In this document: positions 35,170-44,099 of the stretch, in pieces
Numbering within the stretch: the stretch's first letter is position 1
Layout of the letters: each line of letters opens with the position of its first letter
DNA from: Patescibacteria group bacterium
Lineage (GTDB): Bacteria; Patescibacteriota; Minisyncoccia; Phycocordibacterales; JAKAEA01
Reading direction: 5' to 3'
Length of the DNA: 64,000 nt
Assembly (NCBI GenBank): GCA_040387855.1
Contig: JAZKCY010000001.1
Coordinates: 910,922-974,921 of the forward strand
The notes under the pieces: model-generated
What the model saw: the letters and a program-made list of their open reading frames with translations, nothing else
Told to the model about the DNA's origin: nothing
Database searches by the model: none
Made by a program: the position numbers and the translations under genes

Positions 35170-36066
35170 CTAACCTTTTATACAAGTATTAAATGCTCTC
35201 ACATCTGCATTATAGGTATCAACATCTTCTTTAAGCTCAGCAATCATATCATTATACGTCCCTACCTTTTTGTTGTATTCCTGGGCTTTCTGCTCATACG
35301 CAGCATCTTCATCTGGATTTGAACGTGACATACTACTAATATCTCCCCGCATTGCCTCAAGCTCAACTTCTGTTGCACTAATCTCTTGTTTTGCTACATC
35401 TATACGTGTTTTTAAGCTAGGACTTACTATAGGGCACTCAGAAGAAGCAAGCCCAAATTCTTGAACGGCCATCCAAACCTTTTTGCCCTTGTATGTTCCC
35501 TGACCTACAGCTACTCCAATTTCTTTAAAACGATCATGGAGAATATTTGCTTTGTGACCTGGACTTGCCATCCATGCATCAACAAGTGCTTTATCATCAG
35601 CAAAATTTCCCATAGCGAGATTTTCTCCTACTATAATGTAGGTATATGTTGCTTCAGTTGCCAGGTATCCAGGACCGTGACCATTTGGAGAAATATGCTC
35701 GAAATACTGTTGCTCAAACATATCCTGAAGTTTCATGCGAGCTGCAGCAGCTAGTTTTGTATTTTCTTTAACTCCAGGTAATCCTGCGTTTGCTCGTTCT
35801 TGATTTGAAAAGGAAATCACTCCTGTTGCACTCAATCGTGCGTCTTCGCTATCTTTGGCTGAGCGAAGTGGATTTGAAAAAAACTCTTGTCGTATTTCAC
35901 TTACAACAGTATCTTTACTCTCAATTACATGATATGTAACATCCTGAGTTGCTTTTACCCATACATTTACTGTCTCTTTCATATTGGGATACCACAGATA
36001 AAATCCTCCTCCTAAGAAAAGTAGTACGCATGCTGTGATACTAATACCAATAAAATGTTTTTTCAT
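35170..36066 (-). CDS. Secreted CAP/SCP (PR-1-like) domain protein.
   Basis: NQERANAGL...LAAAARMKLQDM...ALVDAWMASPGHKANIL...EIGVA are the CAP-domain motifs. A coiled-coil C-terminus follows. Confidence 0.7.
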   Translation of the reverse strand: MKKHFIGISITACVLLFLGGGFYLWYPNMKETVNVWVKATQDVTYHVIESKDTVVSEIRQEFFSNPLRSAKDSEDARLSATGVISFSNQERANAGLPGVKENTKLAAAARMKLQDMFEQQYFEHISPNGHGPGYLATEATYTYIIVGENLAMGNFADDKALVDAWMASPGHKANILHDRFKEIGVAVGQGTYKGKKVWMAVQEFGLASSECPIVSPSLKTRIDVAKQEISATEVELEAMRGDISSMSRSNPDEDAAYEQKAQEYNKKVGTYNDMIAELKEDVDTYNADVRAFNTCIKG

Positions 36067-36500
36067 TATTCGACGATAAGTGAGAATCTAAAGTCTGAAA
36101 CTGTGTCTGTACTACTCTTTACAATAATATCAGCCATACCTTTTTTCACAACCTGAAATTCAGCTGCCCAGTTTCCACGCCCTTTTGGTGATGGCTGTCC
36201 AATCTTTTTTAGGATATTAGCAGGATTTTGCAATGCTGTAAGATTTGCTTCGGGATAGAGATCCTCAGGCAGTTCTATTGTAATAGTTTCAGAAAGTTGA
36301 ACTGTCTTTGATGTGTTATTTTGAGCTATCGTTATGCATTTTTTACAGCTCGTAGCCGAAGAATATTCAGGAGTATTGCTTTTGATCCCAAGTACTGGCT
36401 TTAGTGTCGTAATCATTCCATATAAAAGCGCAATCCCTACAAGGATACCAAGAGCGACAATAAGATGGTTGACCCAGTCTTTTGTGTGAATATCAATCAT
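36066..36500 (-). CDS. Membrane-anchored hypothetical protein.
   Basis: One transmembrane helix and no known domain. Confidence 0.4.
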   Translation of the reverse strand: MIDIHTKDWVNHLIVALGILVGIALLYGMITTLKPVLGIKSNTPEYSSATSCKKCITIAQNNTSKTVQLSETITIELPEDLYPEANLTALQNPANILKKIGQPSPKGRGNWAAEFQVVKKGMADIIVKSSTDTVSDFRFSLIVE

Positions 36501-36509
36501 AAGGTAATA

Positions 36510-37346
36510 CTATGCCCTATCGAGTTTTTGATCAATGACATGAGTTATAGCAGCACCAACAATAAATATCTGGGCAGTAATATATGCCCATACAAGAAGT
36601 ACGGTTATGGTACTTACTGCGCCATAGCCAGAAGAAGCAAAACCTGAGGCAAGATACCATCCCATTACAAATTTTCCAGCCATAAATAAAAATGATGTCA
36701 TAATTCCACCAAATATAGCTGCTCTCCATTTTATCTTTTGTGCAGGCAAAGCAATGTAGAGCAAGACAAACATACCGGTAAGAATCATAATTGATAAACC
36801 GAGATTTGCGAGATTAATTATTGATTCAATATTCTGAACATATTTTGAAAGTGCTGTACCAAACAATGTCACTATTGTACTTGCCATAAATGAGGCAGAT
36901 AAAAGAAAGCCCAACATAATGACAATAAGGATTGCGGCAACTCTCTCTTTAATTACAGTAAGTATTCCAGGATTGGCATCTTCCTTAACTTCCCAAATCT
37001 TTTTCATTGATGTCTGCAATTGGCCAAATGCTCCTATTGAACCCCAAAGTACAGAAATTAATCCTATGATACTCACTACGATACTGGTTCCTGGCTGTCG
37101 AATTTCTGTAATCAGTGTTCGAATTGCAGATGATGCTTGTGAACCAAACAAAATAGTTAGCTCATTTATTAAACGTTTTTCTACCAGATCAGGACTTACC
37201 AAAAGCCCCGCTACTGCCAATGCTAAAATAAATGCAGTAGGCAATGAAAACAATAAATAGTATGCAAGCGCAGCACCAGTTGTTGCTGGATCGGCAGCTT
37301 TCCAAGCTTTGAATGTATGAGCGATAATATGAGGTTGTCGTTTCAT
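36510..37346 (-). CDS. YihY/BrkB-family membrane protein.
   Basis: TTGAALAYYLLFSLPTAFI and 6 transmembrane helices are typical of YihY. Confidence 0.7.
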   Translation of the reverse strand: MKRQPHIIAHTFKAWKAADPATTGAALAYYLLFSLPTAFILALAVAGLLVSPDLVEKRLINELTILFGSQASSAIRTLITEIRQPGTSIVVSIIGLISVLWGSIGAFGQLQTSMKKIWEVKEDANPGILTVIKERVAAILIVIMLGFLLSASFMASTIVTLFGTALSKYVQNIESIINLANLGLSIMILTGMFVLLYIALPAQKIKWRAAIFGGIMTSFLFMAGKFVMGWYLASGFASSGYGAVSTITVLLVWAYITAQIFIVGAAITHVIDQKLDRA

Positions 37347-37354
37347 TACAAATA

Positions 37355-37798
37355 CTATATATGGTGTCGAGAATGCATGAGTGACTTTATACTGAAGTAG
37401 TCTCCTGCACGAGCCGCATGTAGATATACTAATGCAATTGCATATATAAAATAATCATTAACAATTATTTGATTTGTTCCAACATATGGAAACTTTAAAA
37501 GCGGAAAATATAAAAACAACATAATAAATGCACCGATGAGCGCAACAATCCGAACAAACAATCCGAGTATAAGTAATGCTCCTACGGCAATTAATACAAT
37601 TTTAAATCCAGTATTCAATAGATTGAGCATTTCTGGAGTTGAAAATGCATCATAAAATTCAGGAAATGTATCAGAGTTCTCAAGGAGAGATGCAATAGAC
37701 CAACCTTCGGTTGTGAAGGCAACTATTCCCCAATACAAAAGGTACCATCCTAATGATATTCGCAATAATACAATACTAATTATTGATAGTTTACTCAT
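37355..37798 (-). CDS. DoxX-like membrane protein.
   Basis: LLRISLGWYLLYWG begins the DoxX-type helix 1. The protein has 4 transmembrane helices. Confidence 0.45.
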   Translation of the reverse strand: MSKLSIISIVLLRISLGWYLLYWGIVAFTTEGWSIASLLENSDTFPEFYDAFSTPEMLNLLNTGFKIVLIAVGALLILGLFVRIVALIGAFIMLFLYFPLLKFPYVGTNQIIVNDYFIYAIALVYLHAARAGDYFSIKSLMHSRHHI

Positions 37799-37810
37799 GT
37801 GATTAGTGTA

Positions 37811-38305
37811 TCACGAATCTTTATTCTGTTGCTTGAATTTTTCCACGTCTTCAACTAATTTTTTCAAATCAGTATAAATAGTATGAAGTGTTGTTTGTTG
37901 ATCGAGCGGTAACACATCAGTGTGGTGAATTTCACTAATTTCCCCAACATCATCCTGAATTTCATCGACGTCTTCTTGGATCTCATCAACGTCTTCCTGA
38001 ATTTCGTCGATATCCTCTTGAATTTCATCCACATCTTCCTGGATCTCATCAATACCTTCCTCAACGTTTTTAATTACTTCCGATTGACTGTTGATTGTCA
38101 TCTGAATAAACAGTGCTAGATAGATAGCTTCGAGTGACACTCCCGTCGTGAGCGTAAGTAAAACAGTGTCGATAGGCACACCAAAACGTATAGAAGCAAA
38201 GCTCGCAATAAAAATAATCGTGTGTATAACGATTGATGAAGGAGAACCAAGCCATCGAGTAAATTTTAAGGCGATCTTCTCAAATGGGCTTGGAGTATTA
38301 CTCAT
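37811..38305 (-). CDS. Membrane protein with C-terminal acidic heptad tandem repeats (DUF1003-like N-terminus).
   Basis: The N-terminus is a 2-TM helix region. It is followed by five or more tandem copies of EDVDEIQ. Confidence 0.5.
   Translation of the reverse strand: MSNTPSPFEKIALKFTRWLGSPSSIVIHTIIFIASFASIRFGVPIDTVLLTLTTGVSLEAIYLALFIQMTINSQSEVIKNVEEGIDEIQEDVDEIQEDIDEIQEDVDEIQEDVDEIQDDVGEISEIHHTDVLPLDQQTTLHTIYTDLKKLVEDVEKFKQQNKDS
37925..38045. repeat. Tandem 21-bp coding repeats, about six imperfect copies.
   Basis: gacgtcttcttggatctcatc-like units repeat in the DNA. They encode the (E/D)(D)(V/I)DEIQ heptads of the 37811 protein. Confidence 0.6.
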
Positions 38306-39084
38306 GAGTACAGTATACCTAAAAGTGCTAAAGCGAGAAAGATTCTGTAGATACCAAACCCAATCATTGTATGGTTGCGTATATATTTTAAGAAAGTTTT
38401 CACTGCAATGAGGGCAGAAATAAAAGCAGCTACAAATCCTATTCCCAATAATGAAAACTCATGTGATGAAAAACTTGATGCTTCTTTTAGCAATGAATAC
38501 CCTGTTGCAGCAGCCATGGTAGGTATTGCTAATAAAAAAGAAAATTCAACAATAGCTTGTCGGGATACACCTAATGATCGCCCAGCTATAACTGTTGCAG
38601 CAGAACGTGATACTCCAGGAATCACAGCAATAGCTTGTACCAATCCAATAATAAAAGCTTTCTTATACGATAATGTTTCCAACTCTTGCTCTGAAGAAAC
38701 AGTCTTCGGCTTTTCTTTATATAAAAGTTCAAACAGTATAAGAACAATACCTCCAATACCCAGAGTCCATACCATTATTTCTATATTACCCAACAATATA
38801 CTTTTTATAAGTTTATAAAGAACAAAACCTATAATACCTGTAGGCAAAAAGGCTATGATTATTCTCTTCCATAGTTCACGGCTTCGCTTAAGCCATGAAG
38901 CATAAATAATTACCACAGCAAGAATGGCACCAAGCTGAATAGCAATTTCAAATGTTTTTAAAAACTCACTCGTGGGGATGCTCAACAGTCGAGCAGATAG
39001 ATCCAAATGTGCAGTAGATGATACGGGAAGAAATTCAGTTATTCCTTCAATAATTCCCAATATAAGCGCATGAATATAGGTCAT
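38302..39084 (-). CDS. uppP: Undecaprenyl-diphosphate phosphatase.
   Basis: LGIIEGITEFLPVSSTAHL is the canonical UppP/BacA N-terminal motif. Confidence 0.85.
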   Translation of the reverse strand: MTYIHALILGIIEGITEFLPVSSTAHLDLSARLLSIPTSEFLKTFEIAIQLGAILAVVIIYASWLKRSRELWKRIIIAFLPTGIIGFVLYKLIKSILLGNIEIMVWTLGIGGIVLILFELLYKEKPKTVSSEQELETLSYKKAFIIGLVQAIAVIPGVSRSAATVIAGRSLGVSRQAIVEFSFLLAIPTMAAATGYSLLKEASSFSSHEFSLLGIGFVAAFISALIAVKTFLKYIRNHTMIGFGIYRIFLALALLGILYS

Positions 39085-39101
39085 ACGCTAGTATACCCTA
39101 T

Positions 39102-39488
39102 TTAGATTACGTAGGTATAGAGTAAATATGTTCCAATAAGTACTATTGGTACCGCAAGAGCTACCATGAAGTACAAAGATGTAATTCCTAGTGCTACATA
39201 GCTAATAGTGAGTCCTTTATCACCTGAGCGGTGAATTTGTCGAAGAGAAACAACAGCTGAGAAGAGTGCTACAACAGGTGCAAGAATCACAAATAGTAAT
39301 GAGGCATCAAAAATATATGAGAACACGCCAACATGCGGTACAAGGAAGTAAGAAAGGAAAAGTACAGTAAGAGAAATACTTACAAGTGCAGCCTTATTTA
39401 CTGCTTGCAATGCATTACTTGCTTGAAATGATCGTGATGCTTTTTGTGATTGAATTGCTATTGTTGCCATAATAGTAAAGAGACGCAA
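39102..39488 (-). CDS. Hypothetical membrane protein.
   Basis: The ORF encodes 4 transmembrane helices and has no known domain. Confidence 0.4.
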   Translation of the reverse strand: MRLFTIMATIAIQSQKASRSFQASNALQAVNKAALVSISLTVLFLSYFLVPHVGVFSYIFDASLLFVILAPVVALFSAVVSLRQIHRSGDKGLTISYVALGITSLYFMVALAVPIVLIGTYLLYTYVI

Positions 39489-39650
39489 GCAACCTGAACT
39501 TCTTACACAAAAAAGTCACACAGCTGTTGTATGATTTCATCTTTTGTTACGTCATTAGTTGTATGAATCTTTAAGCGTTCAGATATCTTTCAATACACCA
39601 AAGATTAAAGCTTAGAATTCCAAATGCCCGCTACACGGGCATTTTTATTT

Positions 39651-40739
39651 TTAATAGATTATCGTTTGTAGAGCCGGCTGTGAAGTAACAGATTCGACTA
39701 CAAACTTTATGGTGCCAATCACCTGACCTCGTGGAGTTTCAACTCTCACTTCCCAGCGACCTGGTGTTAATGCTGATTTAGTACTATAACCTCTATAACC
39801 ATCTTCCCTTCCTCCTCGAATAGGAAAATCAAGTTTGTTTTTTGTCAGCCATTTTCGTTGATTCTCATCATAATAGCGCCAATGATGAACTACATTTGTT
39901 GTGAGTGATGTTGGTGCAAATACAGAACTGTAGACATAGACTGAGCCTCCTGGAACAACATGTACTTTTTGATAGATCTTTAAGAAATCAAAAAGCTTTT
40001 TCTCTTCTTGCTGTAACCGATAACCTGTGGAAGTACGCTCGAGGGTATGTGCAACCTCGATAGATTTTATTGAAAGTGGGATTGGAGGGATAATATTTAA
40101 AAAATAGAAAAGGGTTATAACTGCATAAATAGACCCAATACTTATTATTAACAGTTTTTTAACTTCTTTAATTCTTTGAGGTATAAAAAGATAAAGTATC
40201 CCGATAAACAAACCCATAATTACTAGACTTGCAAAACCACTTGAGAGAAAAACCAAATCCCCTATTCGTTTTACCAATACCGGGAGTGAAAATATTGAGA
40301 ATGAAAAAATACAGAAGAAAAATATACTTAATGTAAAAACCATTCTCTTATAAAACTTTTTAAAGACTTCGTTGCCAATAAGTAGAATCAGAAGACCTAA
40401 GATAAAAGGCCAGCTTGAAGCTATAGAAGAACTTCTAAAATAGAACACAAAGAATCCACTAAATAAACCTCCAAACACGAATTGAATAACTATTGGTAAA
40501 AATGTATGGAGCCGCTCAAACAATCTACCTTTTAGATATCCGCCTTCATATAAATTAACAAGTGCAATTGATACCGCAGCAACAAGAATGTAAAAAATGA
40601 TTATGAGGTTTTCAAATAGTTGATCAATTCTTTGAAGGGTCAAACTATCAATAATAAAGCCCCCAATAAGTGCACCAGATGAAATATGACGTTCATATCG
40701 CTCAACAAACTTTTTCAGCCTATCAATGAGAGCTTTCAT
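39651..40739 (-). CDS. Hypothetical polytopic membrane protein with a C-terminal soluble domain.
   Basis: About 6 transmembrane helices are followed by a domain of about 120 aa. No family was recognised. Confidence 0.45.
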   Translation of the reverse strand: MKALIDRLKKFVERYERHISSGALIGGFIIDSLTLQRIDQLFENLIIIFYILVAAVSIALVNLYEGGYLKGRLFERLHTFLPIVIQFVFGGLFSGFFVFYFRSSSIASSWPFILGLLILLIGNEVFKKFYKRMVFTLSIFFFCIFSFSIFSLPVLVKRIGDLVFLSSGFASLVIMGLFIGILYLFIPQRIKEVKKLLIISIGSIYAVITLFYFLNIIPPIPLSIKSIEVAHTLERTSTGYRLQQEEKKLFDFLKIYQKVHVVPGGSVYVYSSVFAPTSLTTNVVHHWRYYDENQRKWLTKNKLDFPIRGGREDGYRGYSTKSALTPGRWEVRVETPRGQVIGTIKFVVESVTSQPALQTIIY

Positions 40740-40771
40740 AATTACCTCGAGTATAGCATTTATTTACAAAG

Positions 40772-40797
40772 AAAAACTCTGCATGTGCAGAGTTTTT
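40772..40797. terminator. Bidirectional intrinsic terminator.
   Basis: AAAAA-CTCTGCA-tg-TGCAGAG-TTTTT. The motif is related to the terminator at 51823. Confidence 0.55.
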
Positions 40798-40836
40798 CTT
40801 TGTAATGAAACGTAGGTGTACACCCGCATTACATAA

Positions 40837-41115
40837 TTACATAGCTGTTCGGTGACTTCGTGATGAAGCTCCACGTACAGCACGCACGAGTGCGAGTAGT
40901 ACTACGGCTCCTACAATTGCTACGATGAGACTGTAAACATTGAATCCATCAACTCCGGTTGTTCCGAAGAGACTCATAATCCATCCTCCAAGAACAGCTC
41001 CCACAATTCCCACGATCACATTCATGACAGCACCTTGCTGTGCATTTGTTCCCATGATAATTGATGCGATCCATCCTGCTAATGCTCCTAATACGAGCCA
41101 TGAAAGTAATGCCAT
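40837..41115 (-). CDS. GlsB/YeaQ/YmgE-family transglycosylase-associated stress membrane protein.
   Basis: [20 protein letters not shown]...[14 protein letters not shown] is the family signature. Confidence 0.8.
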   Translation of the reverse strand: MALLSWLVLGALAGWIASIIMGTNAQQGAVMNVIVGIVGAVLGGWIMSLFGTTGVDGFNVYSLIVAIVGAVVLLALVRAVRGASSRSHRTAM

Positions 41116-41193
41116 ATATTTGTTTATATTAATTACTAATATTTACCTCTCTATACTACTGAGACGATGAGCAATACAGAATATTACAAGAAA

Positions 41194-41715
41194 TTATTTT
41201 GTATATTCTCGTATCTCCTCAGCGTTATATTTTGTAAATACATTTCGCACACCTGTGGCTGCACCAGATCGAGCGGTCACAAGAATACCTCCACTTTTTA
41301 CGCGAGTCTCATAAATTTCTGCATCTTCAGAACTCACTCCAAGTCCGGTGAGTGCTCCTACTAGACCTCCTGCTGCAGCTCCAGTCATTGCACCGGCAGC
41401 AGTTGTTGCAGCACCTCCGGTAAGACCAATCGCAGTCGCTAACGGACCAGCAACAAACAAAGTACCCAATCCCGGTAGGATTCCGTTTGCCACAGCAAGC
41501 CCAGCTAGTGCTCCTACGACAGCTCCTGTAGTTGCTCCACTTGCAGCACCTCCAGCAACCTTTGCTCCTGTTGCATCTTCTGCAATAGCTTTTCCTTCTT
41601 CAGACATATAGATATATGAAATATCAGTATCTGCTACACCGAGAGCGCGCAATTCTTGAAGTGCTCCTTCTGCATTTATCCTATCGTTAAACACACCAAT
41701 CGTTGTTGTATCCAT
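41194..41715 (-). CDS. Gly-zipper membrane protein (general-stress-protein/DUF1269-like).
   Basis: A Gly/Ala-rich transmembrane core lies between small soluble segments (GVFNDRINAEGALQEL and EDAEIYETRVKSGGILV). Confidence 0.4.
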   Translation of the reverse strand: MDTTTIGVFNDRINAEGALQELRALGVADTDISYIYMSEEGKAIAEDATGAKVAGGAASGATTGAVVGALAGLAVANGILPGLGTLFVAGPLATAIGLTGGAATTAAGAMTGAAAGGLVGALTGLGVSSEDAEIYETRVKSGGILVTARSGAATGVRNVFTKYNAEEIREYTK

Positions 41716-41787
41716 AATCTTTACTATTATCTAGTAATATGGAAACTGAGACGTGAAAGTCAACAAAAAGTTACTATCGAAAAATAG

Positions 41788-42159
41788 TTATTCAGCTGGA
41801 ACTAATAGTTTTGGAATGTTATTCCACGCTTTACGAAGTGCATATACTTCAAGCGATGGTGAAGGAGATTCTGCCATCACTGCTTCTGTATGAAGCATGC
41901 TCACAATATCTTCATAATATACAGTTCCCTCTTCAAGCAGATAGAAAAGAATTAATTTTTCACAATGAGCTACAGTCATAGTCTCATCTGAAAATATCTC
42001 ATCAATATTTCTTTCTGAAAGATAACTCACGCGTTCTTCATAAAGCTCATCCACGTTTTGCATTGGAGCAGCTTCAGTGATTTGTAAAATATTTATTGGT
42101 GCTGATGGAAATTCCTGATCTAGCTTTTCTTTATACTTTTTTTCTAAAGATTGGTTCAT
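41788..42159 (-). CDS. Hypothetical protein.
   Basis: An acidic 123-aa protein with no known domain. Confidence 0.4.
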   Translation of the reverse strand: MNQSLEKKYKEKLDQEFPSAPINILQITEAAPMQNVDELYEERVSYLSERNIDEIFSDETMTVAHCEKLILFYLLEEGTVYYEDIVSMLHTEAVMAESPSPSLEVYALRKAWNNIPKLLVPAE

Positions 42160-42323
42160 ATAGGCTATTTATACACTGGTTTCTACCTTTTTTCTAGTCT
42201 ATTTATTAACGTCCAGCCTATTCCTGATGGGATCGCAATAGCGAGTGACCAGATGATATCGAAAATTGTCATGAGCACCTTTCTACACTATTGCTCACAA
42301 AAAGAAAAGCAAACTCATCTATA

Positions 42324-43118
42324 TCACTTCATTCTAGTCAATATACTTGTAGGCGAAATAACATCGCGTAATTCAGAAAGAGGTACGGTCACAGCTTCCT
42401 CACAAGCTTCCATAACATGGGGCCACATTGGCTCAATAGTTAGTCCTTTATCACTCACTGTATATGCATAATACGAAGTTACTACTTGATATCGCGTGTA
42501 GACACTATCACAAGTATCTTGATCTACGGTGAGCTCTGCTTTTGCTATTTGAGGTGCATACATGGTGGTAACAAAATTTTCTTTAATCTTCTCATAATCG
42601 GCAAAAAGGTTCTCAAATGCTACGAGCTCCCCTGTTTTCATATCAAACGTGACAGATTCATTCACATCATTATTTGGATGTGCTCCTCCACAAAAATATG
42701 AGCTATGTATGGAGACACTATAAATATCATTCTTTGCATATGTCACACTTGAAGTTGCAGTATACGTATAATATTGTTTCAACTCATCGCCCACTCGTCC
42801 TGAATCAGGATTACACGTCATTTCATTACTCATGCCCAAAAGATGACCATTTACCTTATTCAATACTTCTTTGTTTTCATAGGAAGTAATAAAAGGCATG
42901 ACCACACCAGTCGAGCTACGACTTTCGTATTGATATCGAATCGGTGAATATCCAGTTTGTTTGATAGTAGCTGAAATATAAGAATCATGTAGTACCGTCA
43001 ACGTTTTTTGATACTGCATACCAATATAAAATGTAAGAGCTGGTACTATCAGCATGAAAAAGAATGCTGCGATAAGCATTGAATACCATGTGCACGTATC
43101 CCACATACTATTTTTCAT
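42324..43118 (-). CDS. DUF3298/DUF4163 (RsiV/PdaC-like) domain protein with an N-terminal transmembrane helix.
   Basis: SYFCGGAHPNNDVNESVTFDMKTGELV is the DUF3298 motif. The Met at 43118 (MKNSMWD...) is the likely start. The longer ORF from 43214 overlaps the response regulator gene. Confidence 0.6.
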   Translation of the reverse strand: MKNSMWDTCTWYSMLIAAFFFMLIVPALTFYIGMQYQKTLTVLHDSYISATIKQTGYSPIRYQYESRSSTGVVMPFITSYENKEVLNKVNGHLLGMSNEMTCNPDSGRVGDELKQYYTYTATSSVTYAKNDIYSVSIHSSYFCGGAHPNNDVNESVTFDMKTGELVAFENLFADYEKIKENFVTTMYAPQIAKAELTVDQDTCDSVYTRYQVVTSYYAYTVSDKGLTIEPMWPHVMEACEEAVTVPLSELRDVISPTSILTRMK

Positions 43119-43143
43119 TACTCTAGTATAGATCACATATGAC

Positions 43144-43503
43144 CTACGGCACAAACTGACGAACCGTCTGAATAAGATGGTCCATATCAAATGGCTTTTC
43201 AATAAAGCCATCATTCATAATTTCTTTTTGATTTGCTATTATTGCAGATCGAGCATTTGCTGAAAATAGTATTATGGGTATGGTATGGGTAGCTTTGTGT
43301 TTTTTTAGCTTCTTGCAAATTTCCCGGCCATCTTCCCCTGAAAGCATGACGTCGAGTAAAATTAAATTTGGTTTTTCTTTATCTAATTTTTTAATACAAG
43401 CAGTATTTGTATAGGTTTCTACGCTATAGCCCTGAAGTTCTAAAATCAGTTTGGTTGCGTGAAGGATTGCCTCATCGTCATCAATTACTAAAATCTTTTT
43501 CAT
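43144..43503 (-). CDS. Single-domain response regulator (CheY-like receiver).
   Basis: MKKILVIDDDEAIL has the DD pair, LILLDVMLSGEDG the phospho-acceptor Asp, and a conserved Lys lies in IEKPF. Confidence 0.8.
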   Translation of the reverse strand: MKKILVIDDDEAILHATKLILELQGYSVETYTNTACIKKLDKEKPNLILLDVMLSGEDGREICKKLKKHKATHTIPIILFSANARSAIIANQKEIMNDGFIEKPFDMDHLIQTVRQFVP

Positions 43504-43578
43504 TACTTTATTTTTTGGTTACACTTAATAAAAGCATAACGAAATTAATACTAAATGAAGTTAACCTAAATTTGCATA

Positions 43579-44061
43579 TTATCTTTTATACAGCTTTAAT
43601 TTTGTAAAAAAAGATGCGGTGTAATGCTCTTCATTGGGTACAATTTCAGGATTTTGAGTATCAATACATATAGCATCGTCAACATCATCAGGATGATCTT
43701 TATATACGATGCAGTATGAAGTGATCTCCCCATTTTGTTCTTGTACTCGCACCATTATTCTATTCCGAACAACAGATTCATTCAAATCCTGAAAGGGATA
43801 ATAATCTGTTGCACGAATATTTGTAGTGTAATTCCTATTTTGTTGATAGTTTTGTTTGAAAATTGATTCAAGCTCGCCAAGCGTTTTACTATCTGTTTTA
43901 AAAACATCATCAAAATCATACACTCCTGAAGAAGTATGAACTTGATTTATGTTTTGAGATTCTTGATAACGCGAGAAATAGAAAATGATTCCTGCAATAA
44001 CGGCAAGCATGATTAGAACTAATAATATGATTGAGCTAAAACCTCTTTGATAGTTTCTCAT
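43579..44061 (-). CDS. Membrane-anchored hypothetical protein.
   Basis: One transmembrane helix and no known domain. Confidence 0.4.
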   Translation of the reverse strand: MRNYQRGFSSIILLVLIMLAVIAGIIFYFSRYQESQNINQVHTSSGVYDFDDVFKTDSKTLGELESIFKQNYQQNRNYTTNIRATDYYPFQDLNESVVRNRIMVRVQEQNGEITSYCIVYKDHPDDVDDAICIDTQNPEIVPNEEHYTASFFTKLKLYKR

Positions 44062-44099
44062 ATCTTTATATTCTACATTACTCTTCTGTAAGAGTCATT

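Noticed and set aside
37925-38045. Regularly spaced 21-bp repeats as a possible CRISPR-like array.
   Set aside because: The repeats are contiguous with no spacers and lie in-frame inside a CDS, where they encode heptads.
41194-41715. Locally elevated GC in the Gly/Ala-rich membrane protein gene, as a possible foreign island.
   Set aside because: The GC rise is explained by Gly/Ala codon content. There is no ribosome-binding site or terminator cassette signature of the kind seen at the other islands.
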